Assembly (NCBI RefSeq): GCF_003704095.1
Contig: NW_020847374.1
Coordinates: 1-64,000, forward strand
From: Pocillopora damicornis
Taxonomy: Eukaryota
Length of the DNA: 64,000 nt
Direction of reading: 5' to 3'
Shown here: piece after piece, positions 10,130-23,521 of the stretch
Numbering within the stretch: the first letter of the stretch is position 1
Layout of the letters: each line of letters opens with the position of its first letter
Notes under the pieces: generated by a model
Seen by the model: the letters and a program-made list of their open reading frames with translations, nothing else
Told to the model about the DNA's origin: nothing
Databases searched by the model: none
Program-made: the position numbers and the translations under genes

Positions 10130-13100
10130 ATGGACCTCAGTTCGTTCCAAGATAATTCACAAAATTTTACCCTAAAATCTGTGGTACCAGAAGTAACGTT
10201 AAATGAACCATGTTGTGTTGGCATCGATGAAGCAGGAAGAGGACCTGTCCTAGGTAAAACGTGGCCATTTTTGACATTTGCTCGAAGCCTTGACCTACTT
10301 TAAGTTTACATAAGGTACTTTTATCTTTCCCGTAAAATATGTAGGGCCGATGGTTTACGGAATCTGTTATTTTCCTCTGACAAAATCTGAAAAAGTGAAA
10401 AATCTTGGAGTTGCAGGTAAGCTGATAAATCTTGTTGAAACAATTCGAGAATTTAAAATGTCGACAAATGTAGCTAATTTTCCTTTTTATTTTCTTTCCA
10501 ATTAGATTCTAAAACACTTACAGAGGAACAGCGCGAGGATCTGTTTAAAATCATTGATGAGAACAAGGAGTTCATTGGTTGGGCAATTGACATCTTATCA
10601 CCTAATTACCTGTCTAACAGTATGCTGAGAAGGTGAATTAAGCTTTTTCTGAGAAACAGCAGTTTTTCTTCAGTTGGAGGGAAGATTTGAGGCAGGAACT
10701 GCTCAACATTCGGTTGTGTACTCAAACACCATACAGTGAGACCATAATACAGCAAACTGATTAGGATTAGTAGTGTTTACTAAAACAGGATTTCACTGGA
10801 TTGCGGTTACTTTCTCTTCATTTACATCTACGTCAGTAGGTCGTATTGGGCTTGACCGAGGTTTTATGTCTAAAATACTGGCATTTAATACTTTTATCTC
10901 GTTACTTTTCCATTTGGTTCATACAAGATCCTGTTTTTTTCATCTATCCATCTTTACCTATGAAGGACAAACTGTTACATAATATGGAGAGCTTGGCATA
11001 GTGTTGCTGCAAAAAAATATCCATACCCCTCCTTTAGAGGGTTTCAACTCACCCCCTCCCCCCACCCACCTTCTTTTTTAATTATATGACTTTTGAACCT
11101 GTTCTCCTGTTTCCTTGCCCTTCACACTCTTGAAAACAAATAAAACTTGTAAATAAAGATGCTTTACATATTGTAAAGGGCATGTGACAAAGAACAAAAT
11201 CTGGATCCCTATGAACAATCAAACCTGTAAGGTTCAGACTCTGATACTCTATTACTGAGGTACATAAAACTCTGTGATAAGCTACACCTTTATTAGGTTC
11301 ATAAGTGTCACTCATGTTCCTGGCAAGACAAATGATGCATTTCTTTTTTTAATGACAATCTCAAACTTTATCATCTTTCTTATTTGATTAAATTAAAGCT
11401 GTGTCTATGTTAACTTCCAGAACAAAATACAGCCTGAATGAAATATCTCATGACACAGCCATTGGACTAATAAACCTTCTTCTCTCAAGTGGCATTAATG
11501 TCCATGAGGTAAAGGAGAAATAGGGGTAATGTTTTGGGTGACATAAGTTGGTTTGATCTGTGGTGTTTGTGTCAAAGTTCCCTTTTTATTATTGTTTTTT
11601 AAGTTTATCCAGTACAATTTTAAACTACAGAGTAGCCTCTTCTTACATCATCATGTAGGAGAGAAGCCTTGGGCCAGACTGGAACAAATTGTCCCTCAAC
11701 CTTTGAATTTTTCATTTTCATGTACCGAACACTTATATCCAGGGAACTTTTTTTTTCTAGTTTTGAAGGTATCCCTTGTGATAGGGGTTACACCACAAAG
11801 GTAAATTTTCCTCTCAGCTCCTTGGATAACAATTTTCTTGTAATTGTAATAGCTCACTCACAACCTGCTTCCAAAGTATGCTTCATGAAATTTGATGGAG
11901 ACCAGTGGTCTGTGACATACACAAGATTAAAAGAACCTCCTTACTATCCACTCAGTCTTTGGTGAGATCAAGTCATCCCTGAATCATTTACAATTGTTTT
12001 CAAAGTTTGTTTGACATACATCAGAACCCCTGTGGATAATGGCGATTTAAGATTTAATGTGCCCAACAATTGTCCATGATAACTGAGTTTTACTCTAGAA
12101 TTATTCTAACTCAGTTTTAAATAAGCCAGTTCAATAAAAAGGTTCTAAAATTGTGGAATTCATTTTTAGATTTATGTCGACACTGTGGGAGTAGCAGACA
12201 AATACCAAGACAAACTTCAAAAGATTTTTCCTGGAATCAAGATAACTGTGGCTCCTAAGGCTGATGCTAAGTTCCCTGTGGTTAGTGCTGCAAGTATCTG
12301 TGCAAAGGTGATGAGACACTTGATTTTACATTAATTACTTAATGTATACATTAAGCAGATTTTCATATATTTATGTGTAAGTGCAGCTAAAAAATGTAAC
12401 TTACAGAGTTATGAATCATTCTATTCCATTAGGTTAAGGAATGAGTGCGATGTTAAAAGGTTGAAAACCAACAAGCAAACAATCAGTTAAAGGAATATGG
12501 CTCTTTCTTACACTGCCTCTTAACTTGCTCATATTATTTCACACAAACAAACTTACTGAGTCAGACTATTTTTCCATACTGATTGCTAGGTTGCCAGAGA
12601 CAGAATATTGAAAGAATGGAAATTTCCTGAGAACATTGAATTTGGTAATGAACATGGTTCTGGTTATCCTTCAGGTAAGAACTATCCAAAGATTTTGTTT
12701 CTCATCAATCCAAGTAGTTCTCTTCTTTGTTAATGTTTTCATGTGGAAGCTCTGATTTAGAACAACCCTGACAAAATTACATTTTGGAAACAATAGTTAG
12801 GTTATATTACACCACCGAAAATCCCAATCCCTCCCCATGCCAGCTTTAACTTTCCTTTTCTCTGTGTCCCTGGTAAAGTCTGCACCTAAACCAAGTGACA
12901 CACAAGGCAGCAGAGCCAATCTCAGTTTCCAAAGCATGAAACCACTAAGATATGTCACTGTTTTCCCTGGGTGTTCATTGCTGGAACTCCATTTTACATT
13001 TTTAGGTAAAAATTATTTTCTCTACTGCTATAGATCCTACCACCAAGAAGTGGTTATCTGATTCAGTTGACAAGGTCTTTGGCTTTCCTCAACTGGTGCG

Positions 13101-14366
13101 ATTCAGTTGGTCAACATGTAATAATATTTTGGATAACAAAGCTGTTGACGTACATTGGTATGCTATCTGCATCTTTTGTTATTATTGTTTTGTGAAAAAA
13201 AAGTGATTACCACAGAAACCATTTTATTTAGGGGATAACACCATGGTGTCTGTTGGTATCTTAAATAAAACTCTCTCCTTTCATTAACTAGACTCTGCAT
13301 GAGTTTCAGCTTTGAAATAGATGAATATAACCTGCATTCAATTCAGCTAACATGCATGAACCAGCCCAATTTATTGTCACATCTATTTTGGACCAGTTTA
13401 TTGTGATTTACTCTGCATAGTTCATTAGATAAGGGAGCACTGGAAGATGCACTCGAAAGTTTCCACAATCTTTCAAAAATTATTTCAACCTCATGAGTGT
13501 CTACATGAGGCTTTGTTTCATGGACGAAGTCCTTAATTGCTTTCACAGAACACTTCTTAAAAATATGTGCAAAGCTAAACTCAACTGCATTTACACACTC
13601 ATCTGATCACACTTATTGACCAGTAAGAGCATACCTGAAAAAACGTATAAATGGTTAGTCAATGAAATCCCATTGTTATCTCTATCAAAGTATGAGACAA
13701 CATAAAAACCTAAAAAAAAACATTAAAAAAAACATGAAACCTTCTAATTATGGCTCAAATGCATCAAATTTTACTTCATTTTGAAACTTTTGGAAAATAG
13801 TCCAGACTGGTATAAATATAAGTAATTAACAAGGAAATTGTAGTCAATAATCAGTCCCACTTTCCTAGTGTGCCCTGTTGGGAAAGTCAATAGAAATTGA
13901 GGAAGAAAAATTTCACTACCATGTGAGCTCTGGGAGTCCAGAGCTCTTACAGCACTGGTATATTTTCTTGCTGATTTCTGCAGACTTTAGGCAAGTATTA
14001 CCCTGAAAATGGGGGACACCTGGTACTCTAGGAAATTTGAAAACTATTGTTTTAAAACAACTCACCTAGTTCTGTGACCATACTATGGAATGTTATGTGA
14101 CAAAAATAGAGTTCATGTTGACATCAAGAAACTGACAAATGTGTGTGAGACTTTCCTTGATATTCTGCTTTCAGTTGTCACATTTTCTAATAGAGATTTT
14201 TGTAATTTTAAATCACATTTTCAGGGATGATGATGGCAGTGATGAGGATTCCCCACCACCAGGGACTGCTTCAATAACTTCTTTTTTTGCTCCCAAAAAG
14301 GATTCAGTTTACCAAAGACACCAGTTCTTCCGAGACCGTCATCTAGAACCTGTGAATAGTTTCTAG
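10130..14366 (+). CDS. RNASEH2A: Ribonuclease H2 subunit A, 299 aa, 8 exons
   Basis: Exons 10130-10253, 10345-10416, 10506-10632, 11421-11508, 12170-12307, 12590-12674, 13034-13157, 14225-14366. Motifs [69 protein letters not shown]. Confidence 0.97.
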
Positions 14367-14896
14367 AGAAGAAAACTGTTGAAAATAGCCACCATAGTTC
14401 TTGTGCTTTTCTTTGATTAAGTTGTTCCTTTTCTAAGATTGCTTTAGAACTCCTTATAAACTACGCGAGAAAAAAATTTACTACCTCTCACACTTTTATT
14501 CAATAAAGTTACAGTATGAGAATGTTTCAAGTGATCTCTTCTCTTACAGTAACATGCTGAAGAGGTTTGCGTAACATTCAGTAAAGAGTTCCATCCTACT
14601 CAGGTTAAGTAATATGAAGTAAAAATATCAAAATATTCTCACTATAAAATTAACTCTATAACCTCTCATTATTTCATAATAATTTCATTCCTAAACTTTT
14701 CTATCAATTTTTTCTTCATGGGAAAACAGGTAAAAATATATGTGCTACAATCAAACCCCAGTTAAGTTTTTATGGCAGAAGCTTTCTATTTAAAAATATG
14801 TAAAAATATTTCAATATTTTTTCCAAGGAAAACTAGTAGATATATATTTTAAAAACTAAACAAGTGCTTTTCTTGAGGCCCCATTAAAAGTCGAGT

Positions 14897-15093
14897 TTAA
14901 CTCTTAACCTCTGCGAGCGACTTGCACCTAATTTCTCCTTACAATATCATCTCTAAATCATACATTAAGGTCACAAGAATAATGAAAATGGAGCTCTTGA
15001 TTATTAAGCAAATTCTCCTTTTCAGCACCTTAGGAAATTTATAGAGAACAGTATGGAGAATATGCATACTGATCTTAGGGTGTAAAGGGTTAA
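14897..15093. mobile_element. TTAA-flanked ~200-bp MITE (piggyBac-like ends)
   Basis: Ends TTAACTCTTAACC...GGGTGTAAAGGGTTAA; internal blocks shared with the other copies. Confidence 0.7.
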
Positions 15094-16096
15094 CTTATGT
15101 GCAGGGCTGATTACCCTTAACTCCCATTAGTGACTGAGAAAGAATTTCTCCTAACTATATGAATACAATATTAAGCAGACTAGTGATTAGAATAGAGAAA
15201 AATATTACTAAAGGATTATTGGTTGATCCAATATTAAATTCTATTTAATCAATATAATATATAGATTTAGCCAAGCCTAAAAGTGGAGCTTGCATTTTTT
15301 TTCCCGCACATCTCAAGGGTACAACACCTTGCCCTGGCCAGGACTAGAACCTGGGTAGTCCAACTTGGAGCCCAGTGCACTGACCACTGGATTACTGAAC
15401 AAAGCCGTGGCGTTGGCGTGCTGTGGCATGTTAAAAGTACCACCTTGTACAGTCATACATCCAAATTTTTTCACCTTGATGGGTTACTACGATTTTGTGT
15501 AATTATGGGGCTACGCTCTGCAAGCTCCACCAGAATAGCATGTGAAGTTGACATGATGATACAATTTCTGCAGCAGATGTTGCATTTATTATGTTGAGTT
15601 CAAAGTCTGTTAAGTTTCTGAGCTCTCCATCCGTAGAGTATTCTCAAACTTTTGAAAACTCAGGGTGAAGTTTCTGCTTTTGCAGATCATTTTAAAAAAA
15701 TGATAAACCAATTTCTCATGATATCATCAATTATCAAACCTTGGGTCTGTGTTACAATAATTGTGTATTATAAAATCAAGTACACAGGTAAGCTATAAAT
15801 AAATTAAAACACTATAAATTTGTTTAAAAACTTAGGTAAACCTTGTTATGTTGAATGTAATCTGTTGAAAGTATAAAATCTTTAATGAATCTTGTCAATA
15901 ACATTTGCAAATTAGTGTAGATCATTTTAACACTTGTGTGCCAATCTCCTTTAGTCAAATATTCTGTTTTAGTTCCTATCCAAATTTCCATTGTAATCAT
16001 TAGTGTAATTAAATTAAATAAAAAATTATCATTCTCCTCATTTTGAGCCATTTTTGTTTATTTTATCCAACAAGAAGGAAACTGAGGGACTCACCA

Positions 16097-16307
16097 TTAA
16101 CCCTTTAACTCCCATGAGTGACCAAGACATAATTTCTCCTTACAATATCAATACAATATCAACCAGATAAGTGATGGGAATAATGAAAAATATCAATTTG
16201 AGGATAATTAGTTGATCCAATGATAACTTCTCTGAACTAACATTATAAGAATTGTATGGTTGACAGGAAGGAGAATTACAAATTTGACCTGGGAGTTAAA
16301 AAGTTAA
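16097..16307. mobile_element. TTAA-flanked ~200-bp MITE
   Basis: TTAACCCTTTAACTCCC...GGGAGTTAAAAAGTTAA terminal inverted repeats. Confidence 0.8.
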
Positions 16308-17349
16308 CTAAAATGTTGGTTATTACTGTTCAGCATATAAAAACCATGAACGTCTGAAATATTTTGGGAAAGTTAAAAGTGTTTTGGTCAATCACACTGA
16401 AGATTGGGAGACATGGGCAAACCACAAAAGCACACACTTAAGACAGTTCCTATCAGTTAGGAACAGTTTTCTAGCATCTGCATGGCTTGTTTCTTTTGAA
16501 ACACTCTGAAACATTCCTACATTCACATTTTTCCAACTTTCAGAACAATATGAGTTACACAGCAGGTTTTCAATCCAGGCCCTTTTCAAAGTTGCTATTT
16601 GTTGACCTTCAGTCATTAAGTCATCAGAAATTAAATTTCAGTTGCCCAAAAAAAAAATTTATTTGCTGTTTCAAGGGAAATCTTAACACTTAATATTCTG
16701 ACAAGAGAAAATTTTTGGTGAAAACAATACAAAAAAAAAAAGAATTGTGGTATAAAATTGTTTATCTCATTTTTACAACACTTCTAGCTGCTACTATTTT
16801 GGTTGCCCTGGCCACCAGTAAAATGTTGGTGTCTAAATTTGTAAGACCAGTGGCCAATTTGCAGACTTCTATTTGATGATCATGTAGCAAAGTGTATGTA
16901 TCATAACATGGTTTTTTTTGGTGTGTACCTTAGTTAAAGTGAGATAAACATCTCTTATGAAATGTCACTCAATCCCTACTCTGACATTTTCTCCTGTAAA
17001 AATTTACTTCTTTCTACTCAGGATTCAGCCTTAAGACGTTGTGTGAATCTTTACATAAGAAAGGCCAGTTATACTGCTTACTCCAGAAAAAAGCAGCATG
17101 GTTAGCATTATTTTTTCTAGAAACCAAAATTTTATCTTTGGCAACCATTTTATGATTTAAGACATCAAATAGATCCTGATCCTAAGCAGTACTGAGAGAA
17201 AATTTTAAAGCTTCCTCAATAACCATCAGACACAGCTTGCCAAATCTGCCCCTTTCAATGTTAATTCAGCTGTGAAAAATTTTCTCATCATGAAGACCAA
17301 AAAGGTCCCACCTTAGAAGCCTGGATGATGAAAGGCAAGTTTCAGTTTA

Positions 17350-20300
17350 CTAAGATAAATCCTTGACTATATTTTGAATAGTAATGACCACACCCACAAC
17401 TCCACCAACTATACCAAATACCACAATAATAATGTCCTTTATAACTACAGCTACAGAATTGGTGTTTTTGTACAGGATGATGTGAAATATGCATGGTAGA
17501 ATGTAAGCCAACACTGAGCTTCCTAATGAACCAATCAGAGCAGTCACATAGGCAAATTCATTCTTGAGTGCAATGGCTATCCCTGCTGTAATAGTTACTA
17601 GCACTGCACGAAGTAAATTCCTCTTCCAAGTTGCTGCCTGAGAAACAAAAGAAGTTAAGCACAGTTAAAACAAGCTTGAAAACAGCTCTCTGTTTATTGA
17701 GTATGAAATAAGAGTTCCAAACATACCTTACATGCTCATAACAAGTTACTGTGGTTGGGATGTAAGACTAATGCAGTAAAGGTCTTTTCAAGTTAAAAGT
17801 TTTCAATCATAATCATGATAATAATATTATAATATTACTAGTATGCTTATTACAGCTAATAGATTTGGCCAGGGAGTTAATTTTAACCCTGATCCCCTCA
17901 GGTGAGCTGCAATTTAACCCTTTCACTCCCATCAGTGACCAAGACAGAATTTCTCCTTACAACATCAATACAATATCGGGCAGTCAAGTGAAGGAATAAA
18001 GAAGAAAACTCAATTAGGGACTACAAGTTGATACAATGCCAAATTCTCCAAATTGACATCATGAGTATTTTATGGCAGATGTTAGGAAGAATTGTTAATG
18101 AGATCTTGAGAGTGAATGTTGGGGGGGGGGGGGGGGAAATTCTGTTTTTGGGTCAATTTCACAATGCTCTTTTGGAGTCTAAGACTCTCTTGGCCAGTAA
18201 ATCACCCTGAAATGTCCCAATTCAGTGCCTTCCCCCTTGGCTTTTGGATGCTGCCTCACGTCTGAATTACTGGCTTCTTTTCTGCAAATGCTTAAATTGC
18301 AGCTCACCTGAGGAGATCACTGCTTTACTTGAGTGTGCATGTTTTTCTACATAACCATAAGCATCAATGTTTTATGGGGTGGTTTTTTTCATGACCACAC
18401 CCTTTTATTGTTTAAAACTGAGTCCCACAAAGCAAGCCTACTGCACCAATTAAATAAAAATGAAAAAGCATGTTTTAACACACCTATTTGAAAATTGTTT
18501 TAATCCTTAAACCCAGAAGTCTCCTTACAATATCATAATTAAATCAATCATTAAGATCATGAGAATAACGGAAATGATCAACAAGTACAGGAGTTATTTA
18601 TTGTTAAGCAAAGTCTCCTTATCAGCACCTTAGGAAATTCATAGAAATAGTATGGAGAATATGCATATTGATCTTAGGGTGAAACAGGTTAAAAAAATGC
18701 CCATAATTTGTTCCATGTGATGGTTGGCTATCTCTGAATACAACTGTACCTTAAACTGAAGTTCCTCTGTCTCCTTTGGAATAAGAACTTGAGTCTCCGA
18801 ATTTACACTGGTGGACAAATCATCTGGTGAGTTTGACACAGGATGGTGAGAGTCAATGCTATTAGAGTCCACAGGAGAAACTGGATTGCTATCTGGATCC
18901 ATACTTGGACCTGCAATAACTGCACCAAGGTGAGATTTACTTTTGGAATGGATCTTAGTGAATAAAACAGACTCCGCAATTTCGATAACTGGGTAGAGTT
19001 GGAGAGGATAGGTCATCATAACAGCTATGATAAGTGTGAGCCGCACTAACTGTGCCACGATCCCTGTCTGCAGCTTATCTGTTACAATCTGTGGAACAGT
19101 GCTGCCATAGATCATGTAACCAAGTATTCCAAATGAACCAAGAATGAAAGAGACTTGTGCTAGTGCAATGTGAAGGTACAGGGGGAAACGAGGCCGGTTC
19201 TCCGCCATGCTGGATTCAATAGGTATTACCTACAAATAACAAGAGGATTTAATTTGACAACATAATTTTAAGTAACTCAAAGAGTTCAAGGTGTTCATTT
19301 TATACTAGATATTGCAGAATTATCATGCCATCGACATGAATTCTTTGACTAAATTTCAATGGCTTGAGCTTTTTCTGATTGAGATGCAGAGAATCTTTTC
19401 TTCTGTTATTTAACACTTTTCTCCCACAACTATATTTGTTCATGATACTTCTAAGTAAGTAATAATAGGAATAAGTTAATTTAAAATTAAAATAATCAAA
19501 CTAGCTTGGAAAGAACTTGAGAATTCACAGGACATGAACCTGTGATGCCCATTACTGAGATGCACAAACCAAATAAGTCACGAGGCAGGTTCCAATTCGC
19601 CCTCAAATGGTGATCATGTGTCAAACACTGAGATAACAAAATTATTGTAAATTTTAAGTAACAAGAACATTATGAGGTTAAGCTCAACAACAAAGTAAAA
19701 AGTTTAAGTTTTTTGTTGAAAAAATTTTTTTGACAATAAAAATTCAGCACTCACAGTTCCTATCCCCTCATAAGCTCCCGTCAGCTGTCCAAAGAAGACT
19801 GGGAAGGTGGACAGTCTGGCATAGCTGACATCTTTCAGATTAAACTTCAAACCTACCAGATCAGATAAGAAATTGATAAAATGTGTCTTTTCTTTGGAGC
19901 TAAACTTTATATTCATTTATGTTTATGCTAATTTCACATAGCATCAAGATTAATGTGGAAGTAATGAGAAAAATCAGTTTAGGTAACCACACAAAGCATA
20001 CAACTGGCAGGAGATTCAACTACTACTAACAATATTTTCATTTACTAAAGAAATTCTACATTAGGCAGTTGTACATGGTTAGTGCTTACCCCTCAACAGA
20101 AATGCAAGAAGCCCAAAAAAACCAGCGAGTAGTGTCACATTAGCAACACCGCTGATTGGTCCAAGTTTACGAATGCTCTTCACAAAGGCCATTGCAACAA
20201 GGAAAGGGAAAGGAATTAATACAAGGAGGAAAAATTGAGGTGCTGTCTTAGTGCTATGGAGTGGAGGTATCACTGAAGAGGAGTTCATCCCTATCGTTGA

Positions 20301-22753
20301 GTAGTGGGTCATTCTTGTAGCACTAGTTGGTTCAGACAATGTTGCATTTACAACTGACACAGTCTCAGATTTGTATTTGAGAGGAAACATTTCTCCTATG
20401 GTACTTCCAATAAAGATGAAATAAGCAACGCAGAACCCTAACTGTGTGATTATTAATGCTGTGTTGACAAGTCTCAATCCCCATGGTCCAACTGCAATTT
20501 TTCCAATGTCACCAAGTGTCATTTCCTTTTCAATAGTCTCCTTGACTTTTTCCATCTCCTCATACAAAGCTTCTGTTCGGAGTTCTTGGTATCTTGGAGT
20601 TGAGTTAAGAATCATATCCACAGCGGCATTTTTGCATTTAATTATAAGTTGACAGCAATGGTCTGTTATTAAGGCAATGATTACTAGTCCAACAGCTCCA
20701 AGCTGTAATTAAACAACATTTTGCAAAAGAAATTAGAATTCCAACGTGTAACAATTAAGACCTCATTAGCCCTGTGTAGTTGAAAGGCTCAGAGCAAGAA
20801 CAATCCCTTGATTTTTCGGCCATTTTTGAAAGTNNNNNNNNNNNNNNNNNNNNNNNNNNNNNNNNNNNNNNNNNNNNNNNNNNNNNNNNNNNNNNNNNNN
20901 NNNNNNNNNNNNNNNNNNNNNNNNNNNNNNNNNNNNNNNNNNNNNNNNNNNNNNNNNNNNNNNNNNNNNNNNNNNNNNNNNNNNNNNNNNNNNNNNNNNN
21001 NNNNNNNNNNNNNNNNNNNNNNNNNNNNNNNNNNNNNNNNNNNNNNNNNNNNNNNNNNNNNNNNNNNNNNNNNNNNNNNNNNNNNNNNNNNNNNNNNNNN
21101 NNNNNNNNNNNNNNNNNNNNNNNNNNNNNNNNNNNNNNNNNNNNNNNNNNNNNNNNNNNNNNNNNNNNNNNNNNNNNNNNNNNNNNNNNNNNNNNNNNNN
21201 NNNNNNNNNNNNNNNNNNNNNNNNNNNNNNNNNNNNNNNNNNNNNNNNNNNNNNNNNNNNNNNNNNNNNNNNNAACATCACATAAATTGTGTGGCAGACT
21301 GTAAGGAGAATTACTAATGAAATCTTGGGAGTTAAAAGGTTAAAAGACATTAAATTAACTCACCACTAATCCACTCTGATAAAAAGCAAATGGTAATGCC
21401 AAATAGCTTGTTCCTATAAAAGCCTTCAGAACATTTGCAAAATCTGTAAACTGCTGCCAAGCTGAGGGTCTGGTTATGGTAAAGAAAAATGTAAACATAT
21501 CACATAAGTACAGCTTTACCTGTGTAAGGACCTTTCAAGTTTTTCCTTTTTTTTTTAATCACCACTTCTTTCCTAACCTTGAATTTTTTAACTTTGTTTC
21601 CTTTTTTCCTTTTCATTCATGAAAGTAACAGTATTTTACACTTAAGATTAATGGTAACCACTACAGTTTGACCATATCCTGATGTGTACTAAATATAGAA
21701 ATGACTTGAGAAAGTTATCTGGGGAATCATATTTCATTTTGATTTGATATCCTTTTTTTTTGTATTCATTAATTATTTTTGTTCTTTCGGTTTGTCGTTC
21801 ATTTTCATATAGCCTGTAAACTGATTAAGTGAAAAGGGCTACTACTGGAATACGTGTTGCACTTTCACATTTTTGTTTCCAAGACAATTACATTTGTATT
21901 GCTATAAGCTACATAGCTACAGCTGAGTAAACGCGCACAGCGCACCTACTTTTTCCACCGCAACTGAACTTTTTGGTAATATTGACAACTTTGAAGAAGC
22001 TTATAATTGAATTTGAAGTCCTGATGAGATCTCAAAATTTGTCCTTGTTCCCGGGAAAAAGAATAACGGGATCGGGAACCAATACAGCTTTTAAAAAATT
22101 GAATCTGTCACGCGGTAGTGTTTACACTACAGCGTGTAATCAGGAACGCAAAACCGGATTGATAATTGATTCAATGGGGAAGGCCTCGAAAACTGTTTCA
22201 GTCGAACCTTTCGTTTCAAGCGATCATGTTTAAATTTTTACTGCCTTCATGAAACATTGACTGCCTAGATGCACGTGAAAGATGTAAGCGTGCGGGTGTT
22301 AGCGTGGAAGCAGGAAAGCGAAACCGGAAATAATTGATTCCATGGGGAAGGCCTTGAAACCTGTTTCAGTCGAACTTTTCACTTCAAGCGATCATGTTTA
22401 AATTTTCACTGCCTTCATGAAACATCAACTGTCTATTTGCAAGGTGTGAGCGTGCGGGTGTAAGCGTTTGTCAATAAATCGATGTAATCGAACAGCCGAA
22501 TCGAATCTCCAATGGATTAAAATCAACATCATCGATCCGGAAGTGAATAAAAGAAGGAAAACTTTTGGAATATTGATCATCTGCGAATTATTTTTACAGA
22601 GTAAGTCAAGATCCATGTTTTAAACGAATGCTCAGTCCATTTAAACCATCCAGGCATTCAGGCCAGCCAAACTGCACAGGTTAACGCAATCGTGGCTTAC
22701 CTTACAAGGGTCGCTTGAGAAGTCCTGGACGTAACAGACACATGGCCTGTCAT
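17350..22753 (-). CDS. Aa_trans family (SLC36/AVT3-like) amino-acid transporter, paralogue 1, 545 aa, 6 exons
   Basis: Exons 22753-22701, 21469-21364, 20702-20090, 19852-19755, 19229-18750, 17637-17350, all phase-consistent. Motifs FANVLKAFIGTSYLALPFAF, TQLGFCVAYFIFIG, AYEGIGTVIPIESSM, TYPLQLYP, LIGSLGSSVLAYILP. Confidence 0.9.
17914..18120. mobile_element. TTAA-type MITE copy (intronic)
   Basis: TTAACCCTTTCACTCCCATCAGTGACCAAGACAGAATTTCTCC..., closely similar to the 16097 copy; right end degenerate. Confidence 0.7.
20834..21273. other. Assembly gap (N run), intronic
   Basis: 440 Ns within intron 2 of transporter paralogue 1. Confidence 1.
22151..22467. repeat. Direct tandem duplication, ~170-bp unit x2
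   Basis: AAACCGGA...ATAATTGATTC.ATGGGGAAGGCC...CAAGCGATCATGTTTAAATTTT...GCGTGCGGGTGT.AGCGT occurs at 22151-22305 and 22321-22467. Confidence 0.85.
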
Positions 22754-23521
22754 GTTTTTGATGAAACAGCGTAATCAAGTTCTTTGTATGCGTAAGACAG
22801 ACTACTGAAGCTGGTACACGGTCTCGTCAATCGACAGCAAATACTGCAAACTGCTCTATTATCCCGCCAGCTGATTTGCGAGAGAATGGAGACACGGGCG
22901 TCGATGTCACATGATATGTTACCACGTGATAGGAGTAGAGCAGAAGTGTGACAAGGCGAAGAAAATATCGTAAACACAAAAAATAAAGTTTTTATATATT
23001 ACGATGCGTTCGTCAATTTCTTAAATTAAGAAAAAAAAAAACAAGGCCGTTGTAGTTTTAGTGAGAACTATTACTAGTAGGTAGACGATACAAAAGTAGA
23101 ATATGACGATTTTCCTATTTATAGATCTCTTGGGGTTACAATAGGTGGGGGACTGAAATGTACGTAGCAAACATCGATTATGTCACAGGATTTTGTCAAT
23201 GTTTATTGTTGGCCAAACAATTTTTAAAAAACCCAAGAAGTGGTCACTCTATTCTCGTATATTGTGATATTAATGAATAGCTTCAATAGGAAACCATAGT
23301 TATTATTAGGGTATATTTGTAGTATTCAGACCTCTAAGGAAACGGAAGTACGTAAAATATAACGCAGCTGTCACGCAACGATGGAATGTTCGTGAAACAA
23401 ATGATGGTGCAGGTCATGCGCATGTCACGGATTTGTCAAACAGTTCTACTTTTCTAGCACGGACGCTGAAGAAAGTCATTGAAATCATTATTTAAGGGTT
23501 ACTCTCAAGTTATGGGTAAAA

